From contig CP068257.2 of the NCBI GenBank assembly GCA_009914755.4, forward strand, positions 43,776,001 to 43,840,000: 64,000 nt of DNA, read 5' to 3'. This DNA comes from the human T2T-CHM13v2.0 reference genome, Homo sapiens. The notes under the pieces were generated by a model, which was not told the DNA's origin, searched no databases, and was given only the letters and a program-made list of their open reading frames with translations. The translations under genes and the position numbers were made by a program. This document shows positions 38,336-50,964 of this stretch, in pieces; position 1 is the stretch's first letter; the number at the start of each line of letters is the position of its first letter.

Positions 38336-41300
38336 TGTAGATGCACTTCTGTGTGCGTGTCCCAAGAACAAGGACATTCTCCCACAGAGCCACAGTGTCA
38401 TTGTCACGCCTGAGAAGTTTACAATCATTCTGTCCGTCCTCCTGTGAACAGGTCGTCTTCAGATGCGCTCCATAATGTCCTTTGCCCCACTGGCCTGCGT
38501 ATCTTTTGGGCAGTCCCAGAGCCGTCAGGGACCACGTGTTGCATTAGTGTCCTGCTCTGTAGTCTGTTGACTCTGGAGCAGCCCTGCCCGCCCCCGCTGC
38601 CCCACCGCCTTCTTCCTAACGTGGCAGTCCAGCTGGGTTTCTATGGGGGTGTCTGACCCGCAGCCTGGACTCACCCACCTGCCTGCTCGTGTTTAGGTGC
38701 AGGCTTTGTGGAGAGCCATGGCAGGGGACTGTGTGTCCTCCCCGTGGCCTCCTGTCAGGGGCAGAGGTGGCAGCTGTCCCTGGGAAGATGTCTAAAGTGT
38801 CTTTTCCCTGCGGCGCTTTGATCCTCTTGCTGCTCCTGCCTCAGGCCCCGCTGCCCGGCTCATGACCCTTCACCAGTGATCCATCTCCTGTGTCTCTGGC
38901 GGCCTTCCCAAGGGTGGGCCCTGGGGCTGCGGTGGAGGTTGCACCAAGCCCGAGGGGAGGGCCTGGCTCACATGGGCTTCCAGCTGCCGCCGGCCAGGTG
39001 CGGGGAGAAGAGGCAGGCTGCCCGCTGAGCGCCAGGCTGTGCTTGGCATTAATTTAGGAGCCAAGAAGGCTCCCACCACTCGTGATCACCCAGTGGAGGA
39101 TTGGGGTTGAAGACCTCAGGCTCCCCACCTCATAGTCCCCAGGCTCTGCCGAGCGGTCAGAGGGACACCAGAGCCTGGGGAGGGACACGGCTGAGTCCAG
39201 GAATGTACATCCAGGGAAGAGCTAAGAGAAGCCTCGTCGTGGAATCGGGGGACAGAAGCCTCCACCCTGCCCCCACCGTGGGGGAGAGAATGGGCTTATG
39301 GGGCACCCTGAGCACTGAGCAGCGGGGGAAAGAGGCTGTAAGCTGGGGGTGGGTGTTAGACAGGGTGTGGCCACACTCCCTCTGCTACCGTAGGTCTTCA
39401 GGTCCATGTGTTTGGTGACAGGGGAGTGCCCTCCAGGGACCTGGACCCAGGCCTGGCCACCCGGCCCTCTCACTGTGCGGCCACCTCCAGCCACTGAATC
39501 TGCAGGTGGCGGCAGCTGGTCATGCCGCTGGCCGGGTTGTGCCCGGTGGCCAGGTCTGGTGAGAGGTCCCGGCCAAGCAGCAGAGATGTCAGGGGGCACT
39601 CTGGAAGTGCCATGATAAAGCTGCCTTTATCATCGTGGTTTGAAAAAGTAGCCACAAAATGCAGAGCCCAGGAAGCACGTTCAGAGACTTCAGACAATCA
39701 TAAACTAGTTGCGCCACAGAAAGATGAAAAGTCATGTTTTCATTTCAAAAGGGCTGGAGACGTGTCTGCGGCATCCAAACCTTGACTGGCTGTGCCTGCC
39801 TGGGGGCGTGCCCATGGGCAGTGGGTACTGGGACCTCAGGGCCCAGGTTTCGCTCCCTGGAATCTCCAGGAGCCTGCCTGGGCCTGTCCTTGGACAGTCT
39901 CTGGTCCCTGGGGAAGGAGGGGAGGGAGGCCACACCTGAGGGGTCTCTGCAGGACATTCTGGGCTCGGGCGAGCATCTGGGGGCAAGGACAAGCTCAGGG
40001 AATGAAGAGGGTGGCTCAGGTGGGGTCTGCCCTGCTCCCTCATCCCTGTCATCCTCCCCCAGCCTTCAGGGTCGAGGTGTGGGAGACCCGCGGAGAGGCA
40101 GCCCAGAGCCACCCGCCACGGGCTGAGGCCTAGGGTGGCCAGAAGCAGGAGGGACGCCTCTGACGATTGAACAGCCCGGAGCCTCAAAGCTACGGTTGGG
40201 GCCTTCAGCCCGGAAATGAGCCCCCCTCTTTGCCCCCTGATGAACCAGTTTCCCCTGTTCACGTGTGGATGTTTGTACCTTTTTAAAAAAAGAAAATAAA
40301 AGACCACACTATTTAGGAATTTAAACCAGACAGGCCAACAAGACAGGACAAACCCTGGCTCGGGGCAGGGCAGAGACAGTGGGAGGGTGGAACCTTCCCG
40401 AAGACCAGATGGGGTGCAGGGAGTGGGGAGGCTCAGTTCTTGGCACCTGTGTTCATGGTGGGTGGTCTCCCTCGTCCTCTGAAACTGCAGCCAGTGCATG
40501 TGACCTCCCCACCGCATCTCAGGCCTCCCTCCCGGTGTGCCCACCCTGCACCCCACAGCCAGCTGCTTCAACGTTTGGAGCCCGTGGCTGGCGTGGCAGT
40601 GGTGAGCCCTCGATGGCTGTGCGGACACCAGAGGCTGAGGGAGGACACACACTCCATGGTGGGACAGCACCCCCGGGTCCACCAAGGCCAGGTGGACGCT
40701 TAGGCTCCAGGGCCCTCGTGGCTGCTCCGGCGGTGCCATCACCTCTGGAGACAGGGCCCGACTCTGCAGGACGGCACCAGTGGGGGACAGCAGGTCCTCT
40801 GGGGGGTGTGAGGTTCTGAGCTGTTAGCCTCAGGCTCCTCAGGAGCGGGCAGGTCATGATAACAAGAGTGGCTGCGTGCGGGTAGCCCATGGCTACAGCT
40901 TCCAACGGGCATTTCTAGTGCCCTGGCCAGATGGCCGGCCAGCGGGGGCCATGGTACCACAGCACTGTAGCCTAGCAACAGAGGAGACCCATTTTCTCAT
41001 CAGGGATAGAGCAGGGAGTCAACCCAAGGTCAAACTCCACACGCACTGGGACAGGCTGTGATGATGTGCAACCCAGCAGCTGGGTCAGCTTGGCTTCCAG
41101 GAAGGGAGCCCCTTGGCCCTCCTGTTGTCATAACTGAGAGCCAGAGAAAGGGGCCCCACAGGCTCTGGGGCCCTGGGGACACAGCTGGGTGGCTGTGTTG
41201 TGGGGTGCCGCCTTTCCGGGATCCCACGGGGTTGGCGAGCCATGCTCTTCCCCAGCTCCTCGCTGGCCTTCACAGGGATGATGCATTTGTCTGCGTGGGG

Positions 41301-41989
41301 TTTGCTGAGGGAGTTTGTGGTTAACGTTGCCTTTGTTGAGTCGAATGAGGACGCCACGTTCTGCACTCAGCAGCAGGAGCGCTCAGAGGGGAAGGCGGTG
41401 GGATTTGAAGGCTGCTTCCTCTATGAAGTCAGACTGGGAAGGTCGATCTCAGGCCTCAAGGCAATAGGGTGGGGGCACTTCAGACTGGGGCACTCTCCTG
41501 TGTCACCCAGGTCCTGTGCACCCCCAGGGAGGGGTCTCACCTGTCCTGTCAACTCTGCTCCATCGGGATCCATGGGCCCTCTTCCTCCTTGGCTGGGGTC
41601 ATCTCCAGTGAGCTCCATCATGGGCCTCCCAGCCGCCCCATCAGAGCCAAGTGGTTCCTGCCTTCCTGCAGACCCCAAGGTCCCTCATGACGACACGTGT
41701 GTCCTCTGTCTCTGGCAGGCCTGAGGCCGCACTCACCCCAGGAGGCACCGAGGAGCCGCAGGGAAACTGCCAACTGCTGCTCCTTGTGCCTCAGCTTCTC
41801 TGCTCCCTCCACCAAGGGGAAGAGGCCATGCCGAAACCCTGGTCCGCACTGCTCATGGTGCCATCTGGGCACCCAGATCCTGGAACGAGCCACAGTCGGG
41901 CCCTTTACACAGAGCTGGGCAGGGGCTGGGAAGGAGGCCTGGATCCCTGGCCATGCTGCTAGCAGGACTTGGGCAACACCAGGGTGCTT

Positions 41990-43150
41990 TCTGAGAGTGC
42001 AAGTACATGGTGAGTGTGCTTGCCTGTGTGCGTGTGTGTGTGAGCATGCATGGCAGAGCTGAGCATGCATATGCACTCTGTGACATGTGTAAGCATGTAT
42101 GTGAGCTTGTGTATGCATGTATTCATGTGTGACGTGTGTGTATATATGTGAGCTTGTGTATGCATGTGAGTACTCACGTGTGACATGTGAGCATATATGT
42201 ACGTGTGTGTTTCTGTATGCATGTGTGTATTCACGTGACGTGAGCATGCATGTACATATGTGATTGTGTATGCATGTGAGCATTCATGTGACACATGTAA
42301 GCATGTATGTACATGTGGGGGCTTGTGTATGCATGTGAGCATTTGTATCTGACATGTAAGCATGTGTGTGTGAGCTTGTGTATGCATGTATTCATGTGTG
42401 ACATGTGTGAGCATGTATGTGAGTTTGTGTATGCATGAATATTCACATGTGACGTGTGAGCATATATGTACGTGTGATTGTGTATGCATGTGAGTATTCA
42501 CTGACGTGTGAGCATGCATGTACATATGTGATTGTGTATGCATGTGAGCATGTATGACATGTGTAAACATGTATGTATGTGGGGCTTGTGTATGCATGTG
42601 AGTATTCACATGTGACATGTGAGCATGTATGTACATGTGTGTGAGTATTCACATGTGACATGTGAGCATGTATGTACATGTGTGACCTTGTGTGTGCATG
42701 AGTATTCACATGTGACATGTGAGCCTATATGTATGTGTGTGATTGCGAGTATTCATGTGTGACATGTAAGCATGTATGTACATGTGTGAGCTTGTGTATG
42801 CATGTGAGCATTCATGTATGACATGTAAGCATTATGTATGTGTGTGGGCTTGTGTATGCGAGTATTCACATGTGACATGTGTGAGCATGTATGTGTGTGT
42901 GATTGTGTATGCATGTATTCATGTGTGACATGTGAGCATGTATGTACATGTGTGTGCTTGTGTATGCATATGAGCATTCATGTCTGGCACGTACGCTTAT
43001 ATGTACATGTGTGGGGGCTTGTGTATGTGAGTATTCACATGTGACATATGGCATAGCTAAGCATGCATGTGCATGTGTTCATGCATGAGCAGGAGTGAGC
43101 ATACATATATGTGTGCATATGTGGGTGTTCGTGTGTGAGCATGTGCGTAC
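41990..43150. repeat. Large degenerate minisatellite, about 1.1 kb (gtgtatgcatgtgagcattcatgtgacatgtgagcatgtatgtacatgtgt units of about 50-60 bp)
   Basis: Direct reading. It accounts for the HMH/THT-rich ORFs on both strands. Confidence 0.9.
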
Positions 43151-44289
43151 ACATGCGTGCGTTTGAGTGATGATGTGAGGAGGCTTATGTAGTAGCCACC
43201 CTTGCCAGGTGCTTCCTGGTGGGAACCAGATCCCGGGGGCTGAGCTGTGGAGCCGTGGCAGAGCCGCACTAGGATTTCCAGGAGGTTAAACGTGCGATGC
43301 TGTGGAGGTGCTTGGAGGTGAGGGAACCCCAATGGTGGACAGGAAGCTCTCAAAGCACTTAGAGGTGGAGGAGTCCTGGACAGTGGGCAGGAAGGGTGGG
43401 GTCAGGAATGGAGTGGGCAGGGGAAGGGTGGAGGGAGCTGGGCACCCTGCAGATGGCAGGGTGGGTGCTCAGTGCCATGGGGCTGCCACCATCCTCCAAG
43501 TGTGGCCCCGAGGGCCGGAGCTGCTCTCCCTCCATTGCTAGGCGTAATCAGTTCCTTGTGCCTGGCTCTGCCCAGGAGGTGTATATTGGGGGGCATGAAT
43601 GTAGGGCCAGCCCAGCTGGCCAGTGACCCTCTGAGCACAGAGCCTTCGGGATGGGGCTGGGGGTGTCCCCCACAACAGAGTTCCCTTCCTGAGATGCGCT
43701 GGTGGAGGAGGGGGCAGTCTCTGGAATTTCTGTTTGGAGACTTTCCGGAGGCGTGTTCAGACATAAAATCACAGCAGCAGCAGTCAGTTTTCAAGCAAAG
43801 AGACTTCTCTGGGCATCTCTGAGACGAGTTTGAGCAGTGTGGGGATTCGTTTTGGGAGCACGGCCTCACTGACATGCAGATGTTTGCTTGTGGAATGCCT
43901 GCGCCTGCCCTCGAGAAGGAGGTGGCACTCAGCTGCTTGAAACAAGGCTGGGTCCCAAGCAGCCCAGCCCTGCCCTGTGGACAGCAATCGACCGATGGCT
44001 ACAGCATGTCCTGACCTGGGGACAGCTGGGGACAGGTTGTGGGGCTGTTTCGTCACAGCTGCTGTCACATTAACTGACCCCAGCCCTGGGGGAGGGTGGC
44101 TGCAACCCCAGCCGCACAGCCTGGAGGAGGCAGGGTGACGAGGGACTCCAGCTGGGGGAGCTGGCGTGCAGAGCACTGAGGGGGTGGGTGGATTGTGGGG
44201 TGAAACCTGGGTGTGTGCGTGTGAGGATGCACATGTGTGAACGTGTGTGTGAGTGAGCACGCCTGTGTAAACTGCCTGGCTCCACCTCT

Positions 44290-44370
44290 GATGGGCTCCG
44301 TGATCTTGAGCGGGGTCACCAGGCTCATGCCTCAGTTTTCTTCATCTGTGAAATGGGCCGATGGCCAGGC
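44290..44370 (+). mobile_element. MIR SINE fragment
   Basis: ...gggtcaccaggctcatgcctcagttttcttcatctgtgaaatggg... matches the MIR core as I recall it. Confidence 0.55.
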
Positions 44371-45038
44371 TGCACACAGGTCCTCAGAGGGCATAAGGCA
44401 CACTCAGCACCCACTGCTGTGCCTGGGCAGCTGGCGGGGGGGCACAGCAGCCACTCACATGCCACTCACATCCCTGTGGGTTACCGGCTGCCTGGAATGT
44501 TCCAGTCTAACCGGATCCTTTTGTGGACGGGGAGACTGAGGCCGGGAAGGAGGATGCATTCCTGCCCTGGTCCCGGGCTCCGTCTCTGCTGGGTCTCCTG
44601 GGCAGAAGGTCAGGAAGGGCTGAGAGGGACACAGTCCAAGGCAGGTAAAGCCCCAGCTTTGAGGGGAGGCACAGCAGCTCTGAGAGGGTCTGAGCCCCTC
44701 GAGACCCTCCCCGGGATGTTTAACGACTTGGGCAGCCATTGCAACAGTGGAATTGGCACTGCAGCAAGCTGAGCATTTTTTCGGTTCCAAGTTTCCCACA
44801 ACACAATGGCTCCAGGCCAGGCGCCTCTGGGCGTTCCAGGTCAGAGGGGGAGCAGGGGCTGGGGGCCGCTGCCTCAGTGCTTCTGGGATGGGGTCCTGGC
44901 TTGGAGCCCCAATCCAGAGACTCAGCAGCCCTGCCCCGGCAGAGCCTAGCGGAGCACGTTGGGAACCCTGTGGACACTGCACACAGCACCCTCTGTCCTC
45001 ACGGAGCCTGGGGCTGCTGCAGGGCCGTGGGAAAGAAG

Positions 45039-45046
45039 TTATAAAT
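45039..45046 (+). promoter_or_regulatory. COL18A1: Candidate TATA box (ttataaat), about 207 bp upstream of the exon-3 ATG; possible core of COL18A1 promoter 2
   Basis: The motif is read directly and lies the right distance upstream of the first exon of the medium/long isoforms. The TSS itself cannot be determined from sequence. Confidence 0.35.
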
Positions 45047-45252
45047 CCTTGGGTGCTGGAACCCCCGGGTGCTGGGCACCTTGATTCCAAGGCTGGTGCC
45101 TTCTTTCCTTCTGCAAGAGTGGGGGGTGGAAGACAGCCGGCCAGAGGCTGGGAAGCCTGCACAGGGGAGGGCAGGAGGGCGTGAGCCTGGCTAGCCCCAC
45201 CTCCAGGCACAGAGGCCCTCCCGCCGCCCGCAGCTCCAGCCGCACTGCCCCG

Positions 45253-46603
45253 ATGGCTCCCTACCCCTGTGGCTGCCACATCCTGCTGCTGCTCTTCTGC
45301 TGCCTGGCGGCTGCCCGGGCCAACCTGCTGAACCTGAACTGGCTTTGGTTCAATAATGAGGACACCAGCCACGCAGCTACCACGATCCCTGAGCCCCAGG
45401 GGCCCCTGCCTGTGCAGCCCACAGCAGATACCACCACACACGTGACCCCCCGGAATGGTTCCACAGAGCCAGCGACAGCCCCTGGCAGCCCTGAGCCACC
45501 CTCAGAGCTGCTGGAAGATGGCCAGGACACCCCCACTTCTGCCGAGAGCCCGGACGCGCCAGAGGAGAACATTGCCGGTGTCGGAGCCGAGATCCTGAAC
45601 GTGGCCAAAGGCATCCGGAGCTTCGTCCAGCTGTGGAATGACACTGTCCCCACTGAGAGCTTGGCCAGGGCGGAAACCCTGGTCCTGGAGACTCCTGTGG
45701 GCCCCCTTGCCCTCGCTGGGCCTTCCAGCACCCCCCAGGAGAATGGGACCACTCTCTGGCCCAGCCGTGGCATTCCTAGCTCTCCGGGCGCCCACACAAC
45801 CGAGGCTGGCACCTTGCCTGCACCCACCCCATCGCCTCCCTCCCTGGGCAGGCCCTGGGCACCACTCACGGGGCCCTCAGTGCCACCACCGTCTTCAGGT
45901 AGAGCTTCTCTCTCCTCCTTGCTGGGCGGGGCCCCTCCCTGGGGAAGCCTGCAGGACCCAGACAGCCAAGGACTCTCGCCTGCCGCAGCCGCTCCCAGCC
46001 AGCAGCTCCAACGCCCTGACGTCCGCCTGCGCACGCCACTTCTGCACCCCCTGGTGATGGGCTCCCTGGGCAAGCACGCGGCCCCCTCCGCCTTCTCCTC
46101 TGGGCTCCCGGGCACACTGTCTCAGGTCGCAGTCACCACTTTAACCAGGGACAGCGGTGCTTGGGTCTCCCACGTGGCTAACTCTGTGGGGCCGGGTCTT
46201 GCTAATAACTCTGCCCTGCTCGGGGCTGACCCCGAGGCCCCCGCCGGTCGCTGCCTGCCCCTGCCACCCTCCCTGCCAGTCTGCGGCCACCTGGGCATCT
46301 CACGCTTCTGGCTGCCCAACCACCTCCACCACGAGAGCGGCGAGCAGGTGCGGGCCGGGGCACGGGCGTGGGGGGGCCTGCTGCAGATGCACTGCCACCC
46401 CTTCCTCGCCTGGTTCTTCTGCCTGCTGCTGGTCCCCCCATGCGGCAGCGTCCCGCCGCCCGCCCCGCCACCCTGCTGCCAGTTCTGCGAGGCCCTGCAG
46501 GATGCGTGTTGGAGCCGCCTGGGCGGGGGCCGGCTGCCCGTCGCCTGTGCCTCGCTCCCGACCCAGGAGGATGGGTACTGTGTGCTCATTGGGCCGGCTG
46601 CAG
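45253..46603 (+). CDS. COL18A1: COL18A1 'exon 3' coding part: first coding exon of the promoter-2 (medium/long) isoforms. It encodes the signal peptide (MAPYPCGCHILLLLFCCLAAARA), an acidic/Ser-Pro-rich region and the frizzled-type cysteine-rich domain (CRD). It ends at the GT donor at 46604. An internal alternative donor lies at 45898/45899.
   Basis: An open frame of 450 codons plus one base runs from the ATG at 45253 (the ORF track extends upstream only because it accepts a GTG start). It ends ...LIGPAAG|gtaactgg in phase 1. The translation matches my recollection of the collagen XVIII long-isoform N-terminus, including the 10-Cys frizzled CRD (CLPLPPSLPVCGHLGISRFWLPNH...CCQFCEALQDACWSRLGGGRLPVACASLPTQEDGYCV). 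Both the terminal donor and the internal donor cag|gtagag are in phase 1, compatible with the next exon. Confidence 0.9.
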
Positions 46604-46859
46604 GTAACTGGCCGGCCCCGATCTCCCCACCCTTTCCTTTTTGCCTTGCCAGGTAAGTGTGGGCGGGGCTGACGTGAGCCTGGTACAGGTTCCCCCCACA
46701 TCGAATCTCTACGTTCAGGGGCCCGTGGCCCTCGGGAGGTGGGAGAGCTGGGAGTGAGGCCTCCTGTGTGGGGAGGAGGCCGGCGTCTGGACAGGAAGAG
46801 GGCTGGATGAACCGCAGCCGATGTGTCCAGGTGCCACCTGGGCCTGGAGCTCCCTGAGC

Positions 46860-47040
46860 ATTTTAGCGCATTTAGTCCTCAGCACGGTCCCGAGATACCC
46901 TGCCATGCCCCGAGTCACAGAGGGGAAACTGAGGCGTGGGGCAGTGGCGTGACTCACCCCAGGGAGCCGAGATTCCCGCTCAGGTGTGGCTGCATCGACC
47001 TTGCTCCGGTCACTAAGCTGCACGGTTCGATGCGCTTCCT
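46860..47040 (-). mobile_element. MIR SINE fragment, antisense
   Basis: ...cacagaggggaaactgaggcgtggggcagtggcgtgactcaccccaggg... is the reverse complement of the MIR core. Confidence 0.55.
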
Positions 47041-47950
47041 GGGAGCCCCAGCGTGCTCGGGCCAAGGGTGCTGCCGCGTGGGCAGTGCAGAGACCCTACC
47101 AGCGTGGGGACCAGGGAGGTCTGCAGGGCCCGTCCTGAGAGGGAGCCTTTCATGTCCCCCTCCCCATCCTGAAGCACACAGCCTCCCTGCCACAGTGGGG
47201 GCCGCTTCTGGGCCCAGGGGACGTTGCCCCATCACCGTGTGGCCTGGCCTTGTTGCTGGCTGGACAGTTGGGGGCAGGAAGAGGAGGGAAAGGGGGACTC
47301 TTTAACCTCCTGGGGGCAGGGGCAGCCCAGAAAGGACCCCAGCAGATCCCTCCTCTGTGTCCGGGAGTAGACGGGGCCCCTGAGCTGTGCCTGCCCCATT
47401 CAGATTCTGCTTGCTATGTGCACCTGGCAGCCTTGGCCCAGAGGCCCTATCCCCGCAGGGTGAGGTGCTCTGTCCTCCTCTGCTGTCCTCCCCATAGTGC
47501 CGAGGGGAAGCAGCCTTGCTGTTTGCTCTTTGGGCTTTGGGACAGGGTTGGTGGGGGTTAGCAGCTGTGCCGGACCTGGAGGTGGGGGTGCCTGCAGTGG
47601 AAATTCTGGTGGACGCCCACCCACCAGGCTCCGTGAGGGATGACGAGCTTGGTGATTCCCCTTGAGTTTCAGGCCAGTGACCGTTTCTCTCAGCAAAGCC
47701 CAGAGCCTCTGCAGACCCTGTGTGGGGCCTGGGGAGTGGCCGGGGGGCCACAGACAGGGCAGGGACAAGTGCTGACAACAGGTGGTCCCAGGAGTAAAGC
47801 CCACGTGGGCTGGAATGGAGGGGCAGGGAGGGAGGGAGGGAGGGAGGGCTGCAGCGGGGCCTGGCTGAGCCTGAGGGGGGCACAGGAACTGCGCTGGGGG
47901 GGCCTGGTGTGTGCAGGAGTGGGGGCCCTTGTGGATGCGCCCCAGAAGCA

Positions 47951-48160
47951 TAGGGCTGGAGCTCTCCGAGGCAGGGGCCGTGCCCGCGGCTGTTGGCATC
48001 TCGTAGGGCTGGAGCTCTCCCAGGCAGGGACCGTGCCCACGGCTGTTGGCATCTCGTAGGGCTGGAGCTCTCTGAGGCAGGGGCCGTGCCCACGGCTGTT
48101 GGCATCTCATAGGGCTGGAGCTCTCTGAGGCAGGGGCTGTGCCCGCGAATGTTGGCATCT
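47951..48160. repeat. Minisatellite, about 54 bp x 4 (tagggctggagctctc[ct]gaggcaggggccgtgcccgcggctgttggcatctcg)
   Basis: Direct reading. It lies in the COL18A1 intron downstream of exon 3. Confidence 0.9.
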
Positions 48161-49739
48161 CAGGGCTTAGATGTCACCCCCAGGGCAGCTGGCACTGCCA
48201 CAAGCAGCCAGATTCCTGGGTCCCACTCATCCTCCGTCCCTGGAACACCCAAATGCCCAGCAAGCACCAGCCGCCTTGCAGGCAACCCCCCCGGAGCCAC
48301 ACCCCACCTGGCTACTGTTCCCCACCAAGCATGTGGGTAGGGCAGCCTTGCAGGAGCCGTACTGACTGGAGGGACCCGGGTCCGGTGTCCTGGAGCCCCG
48401 GGAGGCTCCAGCACAGCCCACCTTGTCCTCCACTGCAAGCCCACGGAGGCAGACAGGACAGCGGTGGGCTGGGAGGGCTGCAGCCTGTGGGAGGGGAAAC
48501 GCCAGGCCTGCACACCTGACCCTGCCCTAGCCCTGCCAGCCCGAGACTGTCTGGGATCAGCTGAGCACTGTGAGCAAGCTTCAGCCTCAGGGAAGGTGCC
48601 GGTCTCCTGGGAGTTGGGGCACAGCTGCATGGCTTGGGGGCTGGGGTCCGAGTGGGGCTGTGAGGGCGAGGAATTTCTGCAACTGCAGCTGGCCCGGTCG
48701 GTGGCACAGCCTGATGGGGACTTTTCACTGAACATCTGGACAGCTTGGTAGCGTCCCCGTGCGAGGGAGGCCGTGTCCCGTGCAGGGTCCTGGGGGACTC
48801 CATCAGCGTTCCTGGCCTGCATTGCCTCTGGCCAGGGGTGGGCCTCAAGCTTTATCAAGGAGCCCCTTCCCAGGTGTGGCCTGGCCGGGAGGGTCCTGCC
48901 CCCTCTTCTGGCCTCTCAGCTCCTCCCCAGCCCAGGCTCCTCTTGGGTTAGCCCCAACTCCTGCCGGACCCCTATGTTGGGCTGGACACTCCCAGCCCTG
49001 GGTGAGGGGCAGGAGGAGGAGGGGGAGCCCAGCCTGACCCCTCGGGCAGACTTCGAGGCCCCGAAAGTGGGGGTGCTGGGCTGTGATCCGGGCACCAGAA
49101 CAGAGCCCTCGAGGCCCACAGAGGTCCCTGGCTGCATCTCCAGGGATCAGGGAGTATGTGCCCCTGAGGGGAGGGGAGCTGGAGGGGTCCTGCTGCCTCC
49201 TGCCCGGCTCCATCTCCAGCGCCCCCTCCACCTCGTCCTGGGCACTGCCCTGTGTGTCCACCCCGCCGGCCCACCTCGAGGAGAGTGTGGGGGACAGTGC
49301 AGCCGTGCTGGGGCGTGGGGGGCGCTCAAAGGGAGGGTGAACCCTGTGGTCAGCACACAAGCAGGGACCCTGTGGAGGGTTTTGCTGTGTTGTGGGCTTG
49401 TCCCTCAGGTCCACGAGGAAGGGAGTGAGGCCCCCTCACACGGGAGGGCCGGGGTGGGGTAGGGAGGCTCCCTTGCTGCAGCTGCCAAGAGTGAGGGAGC
49501 GGGGCTTGGGCTTGGGCTGCCCGGGACACTGCCTCCAGGAAGCCCCCTGGGCTGTCTCAGTGGGACTCTGTGAGTGACACATGGAGCTCAGGTCACAAGG
49601 GCTGTGGGAGTGTCACCCCACAACAGCAACGGGTGCCTGGCCCTCTGGACTTTGCTCTCTACACCCCTCCTGAGCTCTCACAAACCCTGGCCCCTGGGAC
49701 CGGAGGCAGGTGATGTTTCCAAGGAGTCCTACAGGCAAG

Positions 49740-50050
49740 CATCCTCTGACCTGGGAGCTGCGTATTGTTCCCGTTTACAGGTGAGAAACTGAGGCCTAGG
49801 AAGGACAGACACGTGTGCGTGCCGCAAGTGTGGCTAGCAAGGAGGGAGCCTGGAGGAGGGCCCAGCAGCCTGGCCCCAGAGCGCTCTTCAGCATCGCAGC
49901 AGATGCAGGACAAGCAAGCTCCCAGCCGGGGAGCACCAGGAGACCAGCAGGCATCCACCCTCGTGGTGCAGGCCATCTGATGAGGGCAGGGACCAGTGCC
50001 GGGATGGATAGTGCCTGTGCACAGAGTGGGGCGCAACTGGGCACAGCTGC
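49740..50050 (+). repeat. Left copy of an about 300-bp inverted duplication (partner at 51096-51400); it contains a MIR-like tail at 49740-49800
   Basis: The reverse complement of this segment aligns along its whole length with 51096-51400 with roughly 10-15% mismatches. It is also visible as paired ORFs: 49659-50102 (-) ...CAQLRPTLCTGTIHPGTGPCPHQMACTTRVDACWSPGAP... versus 51004-51387 (+) ...CAPLHPTLCMGTVHPAPVPTPYQMACTIRVDTCWSPGAP... Confidence 0.85.
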
Positions 50051-50739
50051 CACCGGGGTGCTCGGGAGGCAGGTCCACACACACGCCGGCCAAGTCGCTC
50101 ATCTCAAATGCACGAGTCCCGTGATCTTGGAAAGTGGTGCACAGGCCCCTGGGCTGGGGCTTCCTCTGCCTCCACCCCCATCACTGGACATTCGGAGGTC
50201 AGTGGGAGGCCACGGGAGTGCACGTGAAGGTCATGTCACCATGATGGCCCCGAGGGGCTGCTCCTTCATCGCTCCTCCCTACCCCATGGGCCAGCCACTG
50301 GCACACAGGTGTCCTTATATGGTGCTTACCTCTTGCTCCTTTAGTCAAATGCAGAATTTGAGAAAATGTCCCTTCTCCTTAAAATGCTTTGATTTGTTTG
50401 ATGTTTCCATGTAACTTTGGTTTAAGAAGGGAGAAGACCACTCTGGGAAATAACTCATGCTTATCTCTCACCGCTTGGCAACCTACAAATATTTTTTCGA
50501 TGATGCTGGCTAAGCTTCTCGTAAATTCTCCATGCCTCTTAGATGCACCAAGAGTGACTCAGCATTTAACTCCTACTGGAGTGTCAAGGGCCCAGTGCAT
50601 TGGGTGCAGTTGTCTGTGGGTACAAGATCTTGTGTGATTCTGAACTAAGCACAGACAGAATGAAAAGCACAGCACTCCAAACAGGGCTTCCTGCAGGTCC
50701 TTTTACGTATATTTGGGTTTTTGTATATATCTAAGGTCA

Positions 50740-50960
50740 AGCTAGTGGACATCTATCACTTCAACCAGTTACCGTTGTGAGTGTGGTGAGAAAACTTAAG
50801 ATCTACTCAAGTTTGAAGTGCCATATGCGATACAGTATTCTAGCTGTAATCACCATGTGTACATTAGACCTCTAGAACTTACTTTTCCTGCATAACTGAA
50901 ACTTTGTACCCTTCGACCAACAGTCACATTTCCTCTTCTCTGTGGGCTGGCCTCGGCTGT
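50740..50960 (-). mobile_element. L1 3'-terminal fragment, antisense
   Basis: gtggtgagaaaacttaagatctactcaagtttgaagtgccatatgcgatacagtattctagctgtaatcaccatgtgtacattagacctctagaacttac... is the reverse complement of the L1 3'-end consensus as I recall it. Confidence 0.8.
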
Positions 50961-50964
50961 GCCC

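Noticed and set aside
39732-40742. 336-aa minus-strand ORF
   Set aside because: It has low-complexity, Pro/Ser/Leu-rich composition typical of random ORFs in about 65% GC DNA. There is no recognisable domain, Kozak or splice context, and no supporting repeat-free conservation that I can see.
44455-46115. Minus-strand ORFs of 284 and 328 aa overlapping COL18A1 exon 3
   Set aside because: These are antisense frames of a very GC-rich coding exon. Such shadow ORFs are expected. The sense frame carries the recognisable signal peptide and frizzled CRD.
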